A DNA stretch of 64,000 bases. Origin: an uncultured Eubacteriales bacterium. GTDB lineage: Bacteria; Bacillota; Clostridia; Lachnospirales; CAZTAY01. Positions 18,132 to 28,531 of the stretch are shown piece after piece. The first letter of the stretch is position 1, and each line of letters starts with the position of its first letter. The notes under the pieces are model-generated. The model did no database searches, was not told where the DNA came from, and was given only the letters and a program-made list of their open reading frames with translations. A program made the position numbers and the translations under genes. The stretch is taken from NCBI GenBank assembly GCA_964611655.1, contig CAZTAY010000001.1, positions 3,847 through 67,846 of the forward strand, read 5' to 3'.

Positions 18132-20738
18132 TTATTTAGACAATGTGTTTACCTGGCTGTTTACTTCTGCTTCATTATTAAGTCCAAAATATTCTGCAAT
18201 AACATCCCTTGCAATCACAGCAGCAGGATACATGGATGCTTCACCGTATGGAACCATAACTGAAATTGCTATTTGAGGGTTATCATATGGTGCAAACGCA
18301 ACAAACCATGTATGTGAAGGTCTTTTTGTACTTTCTTGGGCCGTACCTGTTTTTCCAGCAACTTCAATAGGAAACGAATCAAATACATGCCTAGCTGTTC
18401 CGTCTGTTCCATTCATAGTAACCGCTCTCATACCAGAAAACACTGACTTCAAATTTTCTTTTGAAATGTCCATATTATATTCAACTACTGGCTGGTTTAT
18501 ATTGACTACCGAACCGTCGTTAGCAGAATCCTGCATAATTAACGTGCTTTTAAATCTAGTGCCTCCGTTGGCTAAAGTTGCTATATATTTTGCCATATGC
18601 ACAGGAGCAAAACTATTGTAACTCTGACCTATATATGCTCTAATACTATCACCTTCAGTCCATCTAGTTTGGGATACTGGCGCTAGAGGATCTATGGATA
18701 GTTCAACAGATTCTTTGTACATAGGATTTGCCATAATAGGTTTATATTCCTCTATTTCAACTCCAGAATAATCACCAAGTCCAAAATATTCCATATATTT
18801 ATTAAGAATATTTATAGGCTCTAGTTTGTTTCCAGACTGAATTCCCATTTGATAAGCTAACTCGTAAAAATAGTAATTACAAGAAACTTCGACTGCTCTT
18901 TCAACATCTACTGTTCCATGAGTACCGCCCTGTGAATATATCCAGCATTTAGCATAAGGCTTGCCTGCTTTTGTAAATATACCCTGATCCCTTATGGTTG
19001 ATCTTGGTGATACATAACTTTCCTGCAATCCGGCTATGGCAGGAATCATTTTAAAAGTAGAACCTGGAGCTTTTCTTGTCATGAATGGTCTGTTTATAAG
19101 AGGAGATGTTAAATCCCCGTTCAATTGTCTGTAATACGCCAGATCACTTAAATATCTATTGTTGTCGTATGTTGGGTAGCTCACTGCTGCAATAGTTTGA
19201 CCAGTTTTTATCTCTGTTACCACAAGCCCTGCAGAAGATGGATCAAGTCCTGTATCCATTGGCTTAATTTTGCCTGATAAAAGCATTTCCCTAACAAAAG
19301 TCATTGCACCAACTGAGTTATTTAAAACCCTATTATAATCATTCTGGTCTGTTAGTCTTTTCTGTTCAAACATGGTTAAAAGTATGTGCCTAAGGGTCAC
19401 TTCTCCAGTCTCAGCTTTATCCAATAGTATTTTTCGACCCTCTGACAGATGTTCCATATTCTTAGAGTTAAACAGAATCTTTTGTACATTACTTTCCGGG
19501 AGTTTTTTTATTGTTTCTTCATAAATTGCTGTTTGTTTATTGTCAAACTCTTCAGCAATAATAGATTTAAGTTCATTTTGAGCTTGTCCAGGTAATGCTT
19601 CTATCCAAAGTTGTTCAACAGAAATTGCGCTTGAACTAATCATCCCTTTTGTTAATACGGTTTGTGTTATATATTGATCCTTAACTTTGCCATCTATCTT
19701 ATCAACAAGAAGTTTTGTTAGGGTATTTTCAACGATTGTAGCTGCCTTATTTTGAAGATAAGCGTCTACTGTAAGAAGTACATTATTGCCAGGAATAGGT
19801 TTTCTAACCATTTCAGTTCTAACAACTCTACCCGCAGAGTCAATCTCAACTGATTTTTCTCCGTCTTTACCCTTAAGCTTATCTTCCATAGATTTTTCTA
19901 TTCCAAGTTTTCCGATTGAGGAGTTCAAGTCGTATCCCATATCTTCACGCTCTTTTAACTCTTCTTCGTTAATAGAGCCTAAATATCCTAAAATATGCGA
20001 AAAGTTTACTCCGCCGGTGTAATTTCTTTTTGCCTCAACACCTACTAAAACATTTTCAAATACTTCCCTTTGCTCTTCAATTAGAGCAACTGTGCTGTCT
20101 TTTATGTCAGGAGCAACTGTTACAGGCTTTAGCGCCCATCTATTCATATAAATCAGATAGTTCAATGAAAGCAGTTTTCGCTCAGTGTTTTTGTCCAAAT
20201 CATCAGGAATTTTAAATAGTTCCTCGCATAGGTATTTATAAGCTTGATCCGCATTCATGTCAGTATCTTTAATTTGCATTTCTTTTTTCCAGTTTTGTTC
20301 ACGAGTTGAACTTCCGTTAAATAAAAATTCTCTTGGCTGATCATGTGAAATTGGAATATCATCAACAATAGTTTCATTATTTTGGTCAATTATATCGATT
20401 AGATTCAAAAGATTTTTTTGTTTATCATTTGTCACAGGAATAGAGGGATCTATTTTCAGATTAAAAACAACATTGTTAATAGCAAGCGGACGACCGAATC
20501 TATCCAGAATAAGACCTCTAGGCGCTTCTTCTTTATATGTCTTAACCACGCTGGCAGTTATTTCCTTTAAGTATGATTCTCCTGAAACTATTTGGAGTTC
20601 AAAAAGTCTTATTATAAGAACAGCAAACAATCCTGAAATAACCACAAAAGATATAAAAAGCCTATTTGTAAAGAATTTTAATATCTTAGTAATTAAACCT
20701 TCATCCTCCATGACAACACCTTCTTTAACAGGCAGCAT
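18132..20738 (-). CDS. mrdA: class B penicillin-binding protein 2 (elongasome transpeptidase) with a large internal insertion
   Basis: 868-aa ORF. The likely true start is M10 (ATG at 20711), preceded by an AAGGTG RBS. Transpeptidase motifs are STFK, SCN and KTGTA. It is located between mreD and minC. Confidence 0.85.
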   Translation of the reverse strand: MLPVKEGVVMEDEGLITKILKFFTNRLFISFVVISGLFAVLIIRLFELQIVSGESYLKEITASVVKTYKEEAPRGLILDRFGRPLAINNVVFNLKIDPSIPVTNDKQKNLLNLIDIIDQNNETIVDDIPISHDQPREFLFNGSSTREQNWKKEMQIKDTDMNADQAYKYLCEELFKIPDDLDKNTERKLLSLNYLIYMNRWALKPVTVAPDIKDSTVALIEEQREVFENVLVGVEAKRNYTGGVNFSHILGYLGSINEEELKEREDMGYDLNSSIGKLGIEKSMEDKLKGKDGEKSVEIDSAGRVVRTEMVRKPIPGNNVLLTVDAYLQNKAATIVENTLTKLLVDKIDGKVKDQYITQTVLTKGMISSSAISVEQLWIEALPGQAQNELKSIIAEEFDNKQTAIYEETIKKLPESNVQKILFNSKNMEHLSEGRKILLDKAETGEVTLRHILLTMFEQKRLTDQNDYNRVLNNSVGAMTFVREMLLSGKIKPMDTGLDPSSAGLVVTEIKTGQTIAAVSYPTYDNNRYLSDLAYYRQLNGDLTSPLINRPFMTRKAPGSTFKMIPAIAGLQESYVSPRSTIRDQGIFTKAGKPYAKCWIYSQGGTHGTVDVERAVEVSCNYYFYELAYQMGIQSGNKLEPINILNKYMEYFGLGDYSGVEIEEYKPIMANPMYKESVELSIDPLAPVSQTRWTEGDSIRAYIGQSYNSFAPVHMAKYIATLANGGTRFKSTLIMQDSANDGSVVNINQPVVEYNMDISKENLKSVFSGMRAVTMNGTDGTARHVFDSFPIEVAGKTGTAQESTKRPSHTWFVAFAPYDNPQIAISVMVPYGEASMYPAAVIARDVIAEYFGLNNEAEVNSQVNTLSK

Positions 20739-20761
20739 AACATTTTGTATTACTAAACTGC

Positions 20762-21274
20762 CTAAAACATTTTTTGCTTTCCTTTTTCATGTGATTCTAA
20801 TTTTTTATTAATCGCATATAAGATTCTGTATATTATAAGAGAAGTTATTGATGTATATATAACCTCCGGCAATATAATATTCATACTGAAAAAGATTATG
20901 TCTGTATAACCTTTAAACAAAAACCCTGTTACATAAAAGTATAAACCTGATATCAGGGTACCTATAAATGTAAATAGAAGGGGAAGCAGCAGGTTTTCTC
21001 TATAAAAGTTTTCTGTTGGAGCTCCACAAAGAATACCTAGATACATGAAAATCAATGCGTTATGTCCTAATGCATAGCCACAAAATATGTCGGCAAGCAG
21101 ACCTGTGAAAAAGCCGCAAATGGCACCTTCATACCTTCCTCTTAAGATTGCATAACTTATTACAATAGCAATTGCAGTATTGGGTTTAATTTCTCTTATT
21201 TGTATGTAATTAAATAAAGTTGATTGCATAATACAATCAAAAAAGATAATGATAGCTGTAACTAAAACCCGCAA
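20762..21274 (-). CDS. mreD: rod shape-determining protein MreD
   Basis: Small polytopic membrane protein after mreC. The ORF track extends it to 21328, but a TTG at 21274 preceded by GGAGGA gives MRVLVTAIIIFF, which is more plausible. Confidence 0.75.
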   Translation of the reverse strand: MRVLVTAIIIFFDCIMQSTLFNYIQIREIKPNTAIAIVISYAILRGRYEGAICGFFTGLLADIFCGYALGHNALIFMYLGILCGAPTENFYRENLLLPLLFTFIGTLISGLYFYVTGFLFKGYTDIIFFSMNIILPEVIYTSITSLIIYRILYAINKKLESHEKGKQKMF

Positions 21275-21380
21275 ATTAAATCCTCCAATTGTTTGTATCG
21301 CATACTTAATTAAACATGCATTAGGCAAAGCCGAACATCAGCAAGTCACTGATAATACACCATTAAAGGACTAAAAAATA

Positions 21381-22223
21381 CTAGTTTTTAATTCCTTCCT
21401 CAGGTTTATGCATTACAATCAAGACTTTATTTAAGTGTTTCAAATCCACTGCTGGTTCAATAATAGCATACTTAGTCAAACCGTCAGGTTCTATTCCTAC
21501 CTCTTTTACATAACCAATAGTCAAGCCTGCCGGATAAAGACTGAATGAGGACGTTATAATCTCATCACCTTCAGAAATTTCAGCATAAAGGTCAATATAT
21601 TCCATTCTGCACAAGGTGCTTTTCATTAACAAAGCATTTCCTTTTACAACACCAATATCCTCTGTTTGCTTGCTTTTGGCATGAAATGCACTTCTTTCAT
21701 CCGTAATGACAGTTACTTTAGAATAGTTGTAGCCAACTTCAAAAATCTTGCCTACAAGACCACCTTCTGCAACAACGAACATGTCAGGTTCAACACCGTC
21801 TTTTGAACCTCTGTCAATTTCAAATATATTATACCAGTTGCTTGTTCCGTTTGATATAATCTGAGCTCCCAATTTCTCATAATCCGGATATTTTTCGTTC
21901 ATTTTTAGGAGCTTGTTAAGTTCATCATTTTCTTTTTTTAAAAGCATAAGCCTTTTATTTTCATCCTTAAGCTCTGAGTTCTCTTGAATAAGCTTTTTAT
22001 TTTCTTCGTTCAACAAATCTATATCCCTATTCTGACCGAACAATTCTCCAATGGAGATAGATATATTTGTTGAAACTTTTTGCATGGGCGTTATTATAAA
22101 CCCTAGACTGTCCTCTAAAAATCCTGTTCGATCTTTAAAACTATAGGATAATAGCATAACAGCAATTAAAAGTACAGTTATAACTACCAATATCTTTTTA
22201 ATATGACGTCTGATAAAATCCAT
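21381..22223 (-). CDS. mreC: rod shape-determining protein MreC
   Basis: 280 aa with an N-terminal TM helix, a coiled coil (LNEENKKLIQENSELKDENKRL) and a C-terminal beta domain. Confidence 0.9.
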   Translation of the reverse strand: MDFIRRHIKKILVVITVLLIAVMLLSYSFKDRTGFLEDSLGFIITPMQKVSTNISISIGELFGQNRDIDLLNEENKKLIQENSELKDENKRLMLLKKENDELNKLLKMNEKYPDYEKLGAQIISNGTSNWYNIFEIDRGSKDGVEPDMFVVAEGGLVGKIFEVGYNYSKVTVITDERSAFHAKSKQTEDIGVVKGNALLMKSTLCRMEYIDLYAEISEGDEIITSSFSLYPAGLTIGYVKEVGIEPDGLTKYAIIEPAVDLKHLNKVLIVMHKPEEGIKN

Positions 22224-22239
22224 TTTTCACCGCCGATTT

Positions 22240-23262
22240 TTACAATCTCAGTTTTTTAGGAGAAATTAATACGTCTTTTAAAACCCCCATTTGTTCAAGA
22301 ACAAGACCTGTTCCTATTGCAACACAATAAAGAGGCTCAGGCGCAATCAAAACCGGCATACCTGTTTCTGAACTTATAAGCTGATCAAGACCCGGAAGCA
22401 ATGCTCCGCCGCCTGCAAGCATAATCCCACTTTCCATAATATCGGCAGCAAGCTCTGGAGGAGTTTTTTCTAAAGTAAGCTTAATTGCATCAACAATTGC
22501 GTTAAGAGGTTCGGTTATTGCTTCAAGAACCATTGATGAAGTCATTGTAATCGTTTTTGGAAGTCCTGACAAAAGATCTCTGCCTCTAACTTCCATGCTT
22601 TCTTCACGCACATCATTAAACGCACATCCAATATTAATTTTTATGTCTTCTGCGGTTCTTTCTCCAATTGATAAACTAAATTCTTTTTTAATATAATTAA
22701 TTATGCATTCTTCTAATTCATCTCCGGCAACTCTTAAGGATTTACTTGTTACTATTCCGCCAAGAGAAATTATTGCAACCTCACTTGTACCACCACCAAT
22801 ATCTACAACCATATTACCCATTGGCTCTTCCACTGCAAGTCCTGCACCAATTGCCGCAGCCATAGGCTCTTCAATTAAATACGCTTCTTTTGAGCCTGCA
22901 GCAATTGCAGCTTCAAGAACTGCCCTTTTTTCAACTTCTGTTACACCTGATGGTACACAAATTACTATTTTGGGTCTTGCAAAAATAAACGATGATTTAA
23001 TTGCTTTTTTGATAAAAGCTTTTAACATAGCCTGAGTTGTCTCAAAATCCGCAATTACTCCATCTTTCATAGGCCTTATAGCAACAATTGAACCAGGTGT
23101 TCTACCGATCATCTGCTTAGCTTCATTTCCAACTGCAAGAACTTCATGCTTTTGAGTGTTAACTGCAACCACGGAAGGTTCATTTACTACAATTCCTTTA
23201 TTCTTAACAAACACCAAAGTATTTGCTGTGCCCAAGTCGATACCCATTTCTTTAGAAAACAT
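22240..23262 (-). CDS. mreB: actin-like rod shape-determining protein MreB
   Basis: 340 aa. Motifs include [21 protein letters not shown] and [10 protein letters not shown]. Confidence 0.96.
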   Translation of the reverse strand: MFSKEMGIDLGTANTLVFVKNKGIVVNEPSVVAVNTQKHEVLAVGNEAKQMIGRTPGSIVAIRPMKDGVIADFETTQAMLKAFIKKAIKSSFIFARPKIVICVPSGVTEVEKRAVLEAAIAAGSKEAYLIEEPMAAAIGAGLAVEEPMGNMVVDIGGGTSEVAIISLGGIVTSKSLRVAGDELEECIINYIKKEFSLSIGERTAEDIKINIGCAFNDVREESMEVRGRDLLSGLPKTITMTSSMVLEAITEPLNAIVDAIKLTLEKTPPELAADIMESGIMLAGGGALLPGLDQLISSETGMPVLIAPEPLYCVAIGTGLVLEQMGVLKDVLISPKKLRL

Positions 23263-23391
23263 TGTTTTCTCCTTCCTTAAAATGCTAATTATATTTTATT
23301 ATTAACTTTTATAGCGCAGCCTATTCTAATCTAAAATAATTCTTAATTCATAGGAAGCGATATTAAAGAGATATTTTTTCATTTCTAAATT

Positions 23392-23420
23392 AATATACCT
23401 GATTTTACTATATTTTTCAA
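23392..23420 (-). promoter_or_regulatory. possible sigma-A promoter for the mreBCD operon
   Basis: The minus strand reads TTGAAA (23420-23415), a 17-nt spacer, then TATATT (23397-23392). Confidence 0.3.
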
Positions 23421-23518
23421 CATTAAATTACTACTTGCATATTAACATTTTATTAAGAGCATGTTAAGTTTTAGTATATTATCCCATAATTCCTGTATAA
23501 ATATAGAAAAACAAAAAC

Positions 23519-23549
23519 TTAAATAAAAATGGCGCTAAAATGCGCCATT
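23519..23549 (-). terminator. intrinsic terminator (hairpin copy 1)
   Basis: The 8-bp stem aatggcgc/gcgccatt has a 6-nt loop (23528-23549). On the minus strand it is followed by TTTTTATTT. Confidence 0.6.
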
Positions 23550-23669
23550 GATGATTTCTAAAATCGATTGAGAACCTTTTTTTCTTTAAAATACTGCTAT
23601 CGGGTCATTTCCATGGAAATTATTTGCTCATATCTAATAAAAGATATTGGGATTTAGTGCAACAGTTTG

Positions 23670-23691
23670 AATGGCGCTAAAATGCGCCATT
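23670..23691. repeat. second identical copy of the 22-nt hairpin aatggcgctaaaatgcgccatt
   Basis: This is an exact repeat of 23528-23549, lying 25 nt downstream of the spoIVB stop. The T-rich flank (ttttat) is on the plus-strand side here. Confidence 0.7.
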
Positions 23692-23715
23692 TTATAAGTT
23701 TGAGTTATTGCTATA

Positions 23716-25020
23716 TTATACACTTTCTTCTTGCTTAAGCATGTTTTCAATAAAAATACCGTAACCTCTTTGGGGATCTTGAACAAAAACATGTGTTATT
23801 GCTCCAACAATTTTATTATTTTGAATTATAGGACTTCCGCTCATACCCTGCACAATTCCTCCAGTAATATCAAGTAGCTGTTTATCAGTAATTTTTATAA
23901 CCATGCCTTTAGAATCGTCATTAGAATATTTATTTACACTTTGGATTTCAACCTCAAATTTTTGCACATTCTTGCCATCAACATTTGACAATATGTATGC
24001 AGAACCTTCCTTAACCTCGCTTTGTAAACCTATAGGCATCTTTTCTGAAGAAATAACATCGCTTTTATTTAAGTATCCATATATACCGTATGGAGTATTT
24101 AATTTTATATTACCTAAAATATTTTGATTATCAAGACGACCTATAAGTTCTCCTGGTACACCTTTTTTGCCTTTTTTTACAGCTCTTATTTCAGAAGCTA
24201 TTATATTACCCTCTTTTATACTCATTAGCTGACTTGTATCAATGTCCATGATACCATGTCCAAGTGAGCCAAATTTTTTTGTTTCAGGATTGTAATATGT
24301 GATTGTACCAATGCCTTGGGTTGAGTCTCTAACCCATACACCAATTTTATAATTACCGTCATCCACACATTTAGCCGGAACTATTTCTGTTTCTATTGTT
24401 TGATTGTCTCTTTTAATAGAAAAATACATTGTTTCACCTTTTGATTTGTTTACCTGATCAATGAGTGATTCTTTGCTTTCTATTTTTGTTCCGTTGACGG
24501 CAGTTATAAGATCTCCCGACTTAAGGATATCTTTTGCAGGTTCAAAAGAGCCTTTATCTTCGGAATTAACAAAACCCGTACCTAAAACCATAATACCATC
24601 TGTATTTATCCTGACACCAACTGTTACACCCATAGGAATTACATTCATTTCCGGCATAACTGAAACAACCATTTTTTTAAGAGGAATAACTCCGAATAAT
24701 GAAAGGTTCATATCAACCGAACCTTCTTTTTCGGATAAGATAGTAAAGTTTTTATTCAAGTTAATATGAATATTATCTTTTATAGGTTGCTGATTGATTT
24801 TAATGCCGTTTATGGTGTTTTCATCTGCTTCAAAAGCAGCAAAAACAGGTGCATGGAAGCTAAGTTGTTCTTCTTTTCCAGCAATAATATTTATCTTTTC
24901 TGGAAGAAACGTTAGTGATAAAATTATAGGACTAGTCAAAAACAGTATTGAGCACAAAAAAAACAAAAATAAAATCAGCTTTTTACGCCGATAATAATCT
25001 TTGATAAACATTACACACAC
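23716..25020 (-). CDS. spoIVB: SpoIVB signalling serine peptidase (S55) with PDZ domain
   Basis: 434 aa with an N-terminal TM helix and a PDZ-like segment (GDLITAVNG). S55 motifs are GIGTITYYNP...GSLGHGI and GMSGSPIIQNNKIVGAITHVF. Confidence 0.88.
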   Translation of the reverse strand: MCVMFIKDYYRRKKLILFLFFLCSILFLTSPIILSLTFLPEKINIIAGKEEQLSFHAPVFAAFEADENTINGIKINQQPIKDNIHINLNKNFTILSEKEGSVDMNLSLFGVIPLKKMVVSVMPEMNVIPMGVTVGVRINTDGIMVLGTGFVNSEDKGSFEPAKDILKSGDLITAVNGTKIESKESLIDQVNKSKGETMYFSIKRDNQTIETEIVPAKCVDDGNYKIGVWVRDSTQGIGTITYYNPETKKFGSLGHGIMDIDTSQLMSIKEGNIIASEIRAVKKGKKGVPGELIGRLDNQNILGNIKLNTPYGIYGYLNKSDVISSEKMPIGLQSEVKEGSAYILSNVDGKNVQKFEVEIQSVNKYSNDDSKGMVIKITDKQLLDITGGIVQGMSGSPIIQNNKIVGAITHVFVQDPQRGYGIFIENMLKQEESV

Positions 25021-25170
25021 ATCCTAAAAGTTTAAATTTATAGCTAAATTGTTTAAAGTTTATTGAATTCTTTATCTATAAATTAACCTTTTTGGGATGC
25101 TTCTATACTACATAAAATATGACCTTAATGTAAAAAAAAAATAAAAAAAGAATATATTGAAATTATTAAT

Positions 25171-25209
25171 AAAAAAAACAAGGAAATTACAGATAATTGT
25201 AATTTCCTT
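25171..25209 (-). terminator. intrinsic terminator of cheV
   Basis: A perfect 12-bp stem aaggaaattaca/tgtaatttcctt (25180-25209) is followed on the minus strand by GTTTTTTTT. Confidence 0.75.
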
Positions 25210-25225
25210 AAATAAAATTTTAATA

Positions 25226-26158
25226 CTAATGAATATGAAAATCGTGTACCGCTTTATCGATAGATTCAACAAGCCTACCTATATCAGGTTTACTTATTTG
25301 ATCAGTAGCTCCTAATGATCTGCCTTTGATTTTCATTTCTTCAGTAATTAATGAAGAAAAGACAATTACGGGCAATGGTTTAAGAAATTCATCATCTTTA
25401 ACGAGCTTTAAAAGTCTATGGCCATCCATTTGTGGCATCTCTATATCTGTTATTATACAATGGGCATGTTCCAAAAGAGGATCACCGCTTGCTTTGATAT
25501 GCTGTAAAAAATCCCAAGCTTCTTTTCCGTTTTGGAAAGTTGATAAATTAACATAACCAGCTTCTTCCAAACAGCTTTTAATCATATTCATAAGCAATTT
25601 AGAATCTTCAATCACGATTATAGGCGCTATATTTCTCTTTCTTTGATCAAGCTTCTTTATTTTAGAAATATCAAGACCTGTTTCGGGGTTTATTTCATAT
25701 AAAATTTTCTCAAAATCAATGATCGCAATAAGTCTGTCGTCGTATCTTGCAATCCCAGTTGCAAGACCATCTTGACCGCCATATATAGAAGAACTTGGTT
25801 TCTCTATCTTATCCCAAGAAATTCTATGTATACCTTCTACTGTATGCACATGAAAAGCCGTAATTACTTGATTAAAGTTAGTAATAATAAAAATGTCCCG
25901 TTCGGAATTTTTTTCTCCTTCAATCCCCATAAATTTTGGAAGGTCAATAACTGTCATAACCGTATCTCTAGGTTTAAAAATGCCTTCTACATTCGGATTC
26001 GCATTTGGCATTGGGGTCACTTCCGTGTATTGAAGGATTTCAACGACTTTAGATACATTGATACCAAAATGATTTCCAGAAATAGTAAACTCCAAAAGTT
26101 CTAGCTCATTTGTCCCACTTTCAAGCAAAATTTCGTTCCGTTTGCTTTTACCCGGCAT
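25226..26158 (-). CDS. cheV: chemotaxis coupling protein CheV (CheW-like domain plus receiver domain)
   Basis: 310 aa. The N-terminal region is CheW-like (LELLEFTISGNHFGINVSKV). The C-terminal REC domain contains IITDIEMPQMDG and VIVFSS. Confidence 0.88.
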   Translation of the reverse strand: MPGKSKRNEILLESGTNELELLEFTISGNHFGINVSKVVEILQYTEVTPMPNANPNVEGIFKPRDTVMTVIDLPKFMGIEGEKNSERDIFIITNFNQVITAFHVHTVEGIHRISWDKIEKPSSSIYGGQDGLATGIARYDDRLIAIIDFEKILYEINPETGLDISKIKKLDQRKRNIAPIIVIEDSKLLMNMIKSCLEEAGYVNLSTFQNGKEAWDFLQHIKASGDPLLEHAHCIITDIEMPQMDGHRLLKLVKDDEFLKPLPVIVFSSLITEEMKIKGRSLGATDQISKPDIGRLVESIDKAVHDFHIH

Positions 26159-26281
26159 CTGATATCTTCCTTTCCCTGTTAATAGACTAATATTATTATA
26201 ACACTATTTCTAGTTAGTAAACAATATATAATTACATTTTTTATATAAATGTGTAATTGTGAAAATTGAATCAACAATTAT

Positions 26282-27487
26282 TTAAATTCCTGTCAGAGAA
26301 AAATGCATATAGTCTTTGCCTGTATTCCAGCCTATACCTCCCCAATACCAGCCGTATTTTGAAAAAGCTTTTACAACATCACCATTTTCTTTAATTGAAT
26401 ATTGATTTTCTGCAGGCTTCCAGAACTTTCCTGCTCTTATGTCACCTGACGATGATATAAAATAATTTTCGTCAGGGTTTATGTCAATAGCTAGTCCAAT
26501 ATTATGAGATGACTTGCTTCCGGCACCTCGCCATGAATAACCGCTAACTGCTTTAATAGGGAACTTTTCTGAACCCTTATAAATTTCATCAAATATTTTC
26601 AAAACGTCCGGTGCTACATCTTTATGTACTAAAATGGATTGACTTCCTGTAATCTTATTACCATTTCCATCAACTTTCCACACACTAAACGTAATTCTTG
26701 TCATGCTTAAAAGGGCTTGATCGTTGCTGGCAAAAGAAAGTGATGAAAGGCTTTTCTTAAGGTCATTTTCGTTAAAAACAGTTTTCGTATCTACTTCAGC
26801 AATTGTTTCTGGTGGCGAAGAAAGTTTTACTAATTGTATACCTTTTATGCTTTCAAACAATTTAATTACCATTACATAAATATCTTCGCGTTTACAATAT
26901 ACTTTCGGATTAAATAAATTATTAGAGCCATTAACAATGCCTTTGCCTGTCATTTCTGTTACTGCTTCTAATGCCCAAGGCGATATCTTATTTTTATCCT
27001 TAAAACTTATAGTTGGATTAGCTTTTCTATCATTATCTTTGTCAAAATTTTTATATATATTATATAATACTAGTGTTGCCTGTTCTCTTGTTACATGCTG
27101 TTCAGGAGCAAAAAAAAGCAAATCACTATCATTTTCTTTATAAGTATTTGTGCTTGACATTATTTTAAACTTTATTGCTTTTAAAATTCCCTCCGAAAGA
27201 TTTTTGTCGCCATATAGTTCTTTAAGTTCTTCAATATCTTCCTTTGTAATTTCAACCTCACTTCCGGCAGCTTCATAAATTGCAATTGCCAATTCTGCAA
27301 GTTCTCCCCTTGTAAGGAGTAATTTAAAGTTAGTGTCTGTATTAGAGATTTTTAATTGCATAGATTTTGCTGCTTCAATATAAGGCTTAGACCATTCGCT
27401 AGAAATTTCTGCAGCAACTACTGTTGATGTGGCAAAAAATGTCAATGTAATTAAAAGAAGAACGGCAATGAGTTTAAATCTTAACAT
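26282..27487 (-). CDS. secreted protein with SLH-like repeats and a C-terminal M15-family (VanY/endolysin-type) metallopeptidase domain
   Basis: 401 aa with a signal peptide. SLH-like segments include SPWALEAVTEMTGKGIVNGSNNLFNP. M15 zinc ligand motifs are SSHNIGLAIDIN and DYMHFS. Confidence 0.65.
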   Translation of the reverse strand: MLRFKLIAVLLLITLTFFATSTVVAAEISSEWSKPYIEAAKSMQLKISNTDTNFKLLLTRGELAELAIAIYEAAGSEVEITKEDIEELKELYGDKNLSEGILKAIKFKIMSSTNTYKENDSDLLFFAPEQHVTREQATLVLYNIYKNFDKDNDRKANPTISFKDKNKISPWALEAVTEMTGKGIVNGSNNLFNPKVYCKREDIYVMVIKLFESIKGIQLVKLSSPPETIAEVDTKTVFNENDLKKSLSSLSFASNDQALLSMTRITFSVWKVDGNGNKITGSQSILVHKDVAPDVLKIFDEIYKGSEKFPIKAVSGYSWRGAGSKSSHNIGLAIDINPDENYFISSSGDIRAGKFWKPAENQYSIKENGDVVKAFSKYGWYWGGIGWNTGKDYMHFSLTGI

Positions 27488-27553
27488 AACGCGAAGCCTC
27501 CCGAATTTTATTTTCTTCTTTTATTTTACATCAAAAACCGACACGGATCAAAT

Positions 27554-27604
27554 AAAAAAAGGTTGGATTTTGTAGACCTTAAAACAAGCCTATACTCCAA
27601 CCTT
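27554..27604 (-). terminator. probable intrinsic terminator
   Basis: A 9-bp stem aaggttgga/tccaacctt encloses a large loop. A T-run follows on the minus strand, just after the stop of the 27611-28531 gene. Confidence 0.45.
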
Positions 27605-27610
27605 AATTCA

Positions 27611-28531
27611 TTAATAAACCGTTATAATTTTGTTGTTATATTCAATATTTGGTGAAGGAATGCCTAACGCCGTAACAAACATGGCTCTAAGAGGCAAATA
27701 AGCCCTTCCTCCATACATATAAGGAGCTGTCAAGCGTCCTGACGCATCATAAAGAGTTTCTGCCTTTCCGTTTATGTATGCAGTTGATGAGTTAACTGTT
27801 AATACTATAGATCTGTCTAAATTATCAATCTTAATTTGCTTGTTCTGAGGACTCCATTCAACAAAACCTACAAATGCTAGATCTTCTAAGAATCTGATAG
27901 GAATCATTGTATTGCCCTTTGAATCAATGAATGGTTTTGGTGTACCGCTTGAAAGTTTAACCTGAGTTCCAAATGCAGTATAAATACCGTTATTCATGTC
28001 AATTATCAATTGAGGTGTTCTGTCGTTTGTAGAAGCCTGTGGAGAACCTTGTACTTGTCCGAATAATTCAAATGAATAAGTAATTTCCAAGCCATTTGGT
28101 GTCATTTCTCCGTCAAACTCGTTGGCAAATATGTATTCAGGAGCTGAAATTGTAACAGTATAATTACCTGCGGGCATAATTTCTGATGCCTTTTCCCATG
28201 CTGCTTCACCCTGATGATATTCAACTGTCCTTGCTATTTTTTCATCGGAATTATGATAATACTCTGAAAAATAACCGTCTAGTGATTGAATTGACACAAT
28301 CCATTCAATATCTGTAGGAGATTGGCTTGACTGACCGAACATATAAAAGCCAACAGACGTAGGGTTATCTAAAACAAGAGAATATTCATGTAGCGAATTT
28401 CCTAGGTTAAAAACCCCTGAAACACTTGAATTTAAACTGATATTTTCCATTGCAAAAGTAATTACATTTAACTGAATAATACAGAACATTAAAACAAATA
28501 TAGAGATTAGTTTGCGTTTCAGTGCTTTCAT
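27611..28531 (-). CDS. secreted protein with a C-terminal copper-amine-oxidase-N-terminal-like ('stalk') domain
   Basis: 306 aa with a signal peptide. The C-terminal part FIDSKGNTMIPIRFLEDL...YINGK...GRAYLPLRAM matches the Cu_amine_oxidN1-type repeat common in clostridial wall proteins. Confidence 0.6.
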   Translation of the reverse strand: MKALKRKLISIFVLMFCIIQLNVITFAMENISLNSSVSGVFNLGNSLHEYSLVLDNPTSVGFYMFGQSSQSPTDIEWIVSIQSLDGYFSEYYHNSDEKIARTVEYHQGEAAWEKASEIMPAGNYTVTISAPEYIFANEFDGEMTPNGLEITYSFELFGQVQGSPQASTNDRTPQLIIDMNNGIYTAFGTQVKLSSGTPKPFIDSKGNTMIPIRFLEDLAFVGFVEWSPQNKQIKIDNLDRSIVLTVNSSTAYINGKAETLYDASGRLTAPYMYGGRAYLPLRAMFVTALGIPSPNIEYNNKIITVY

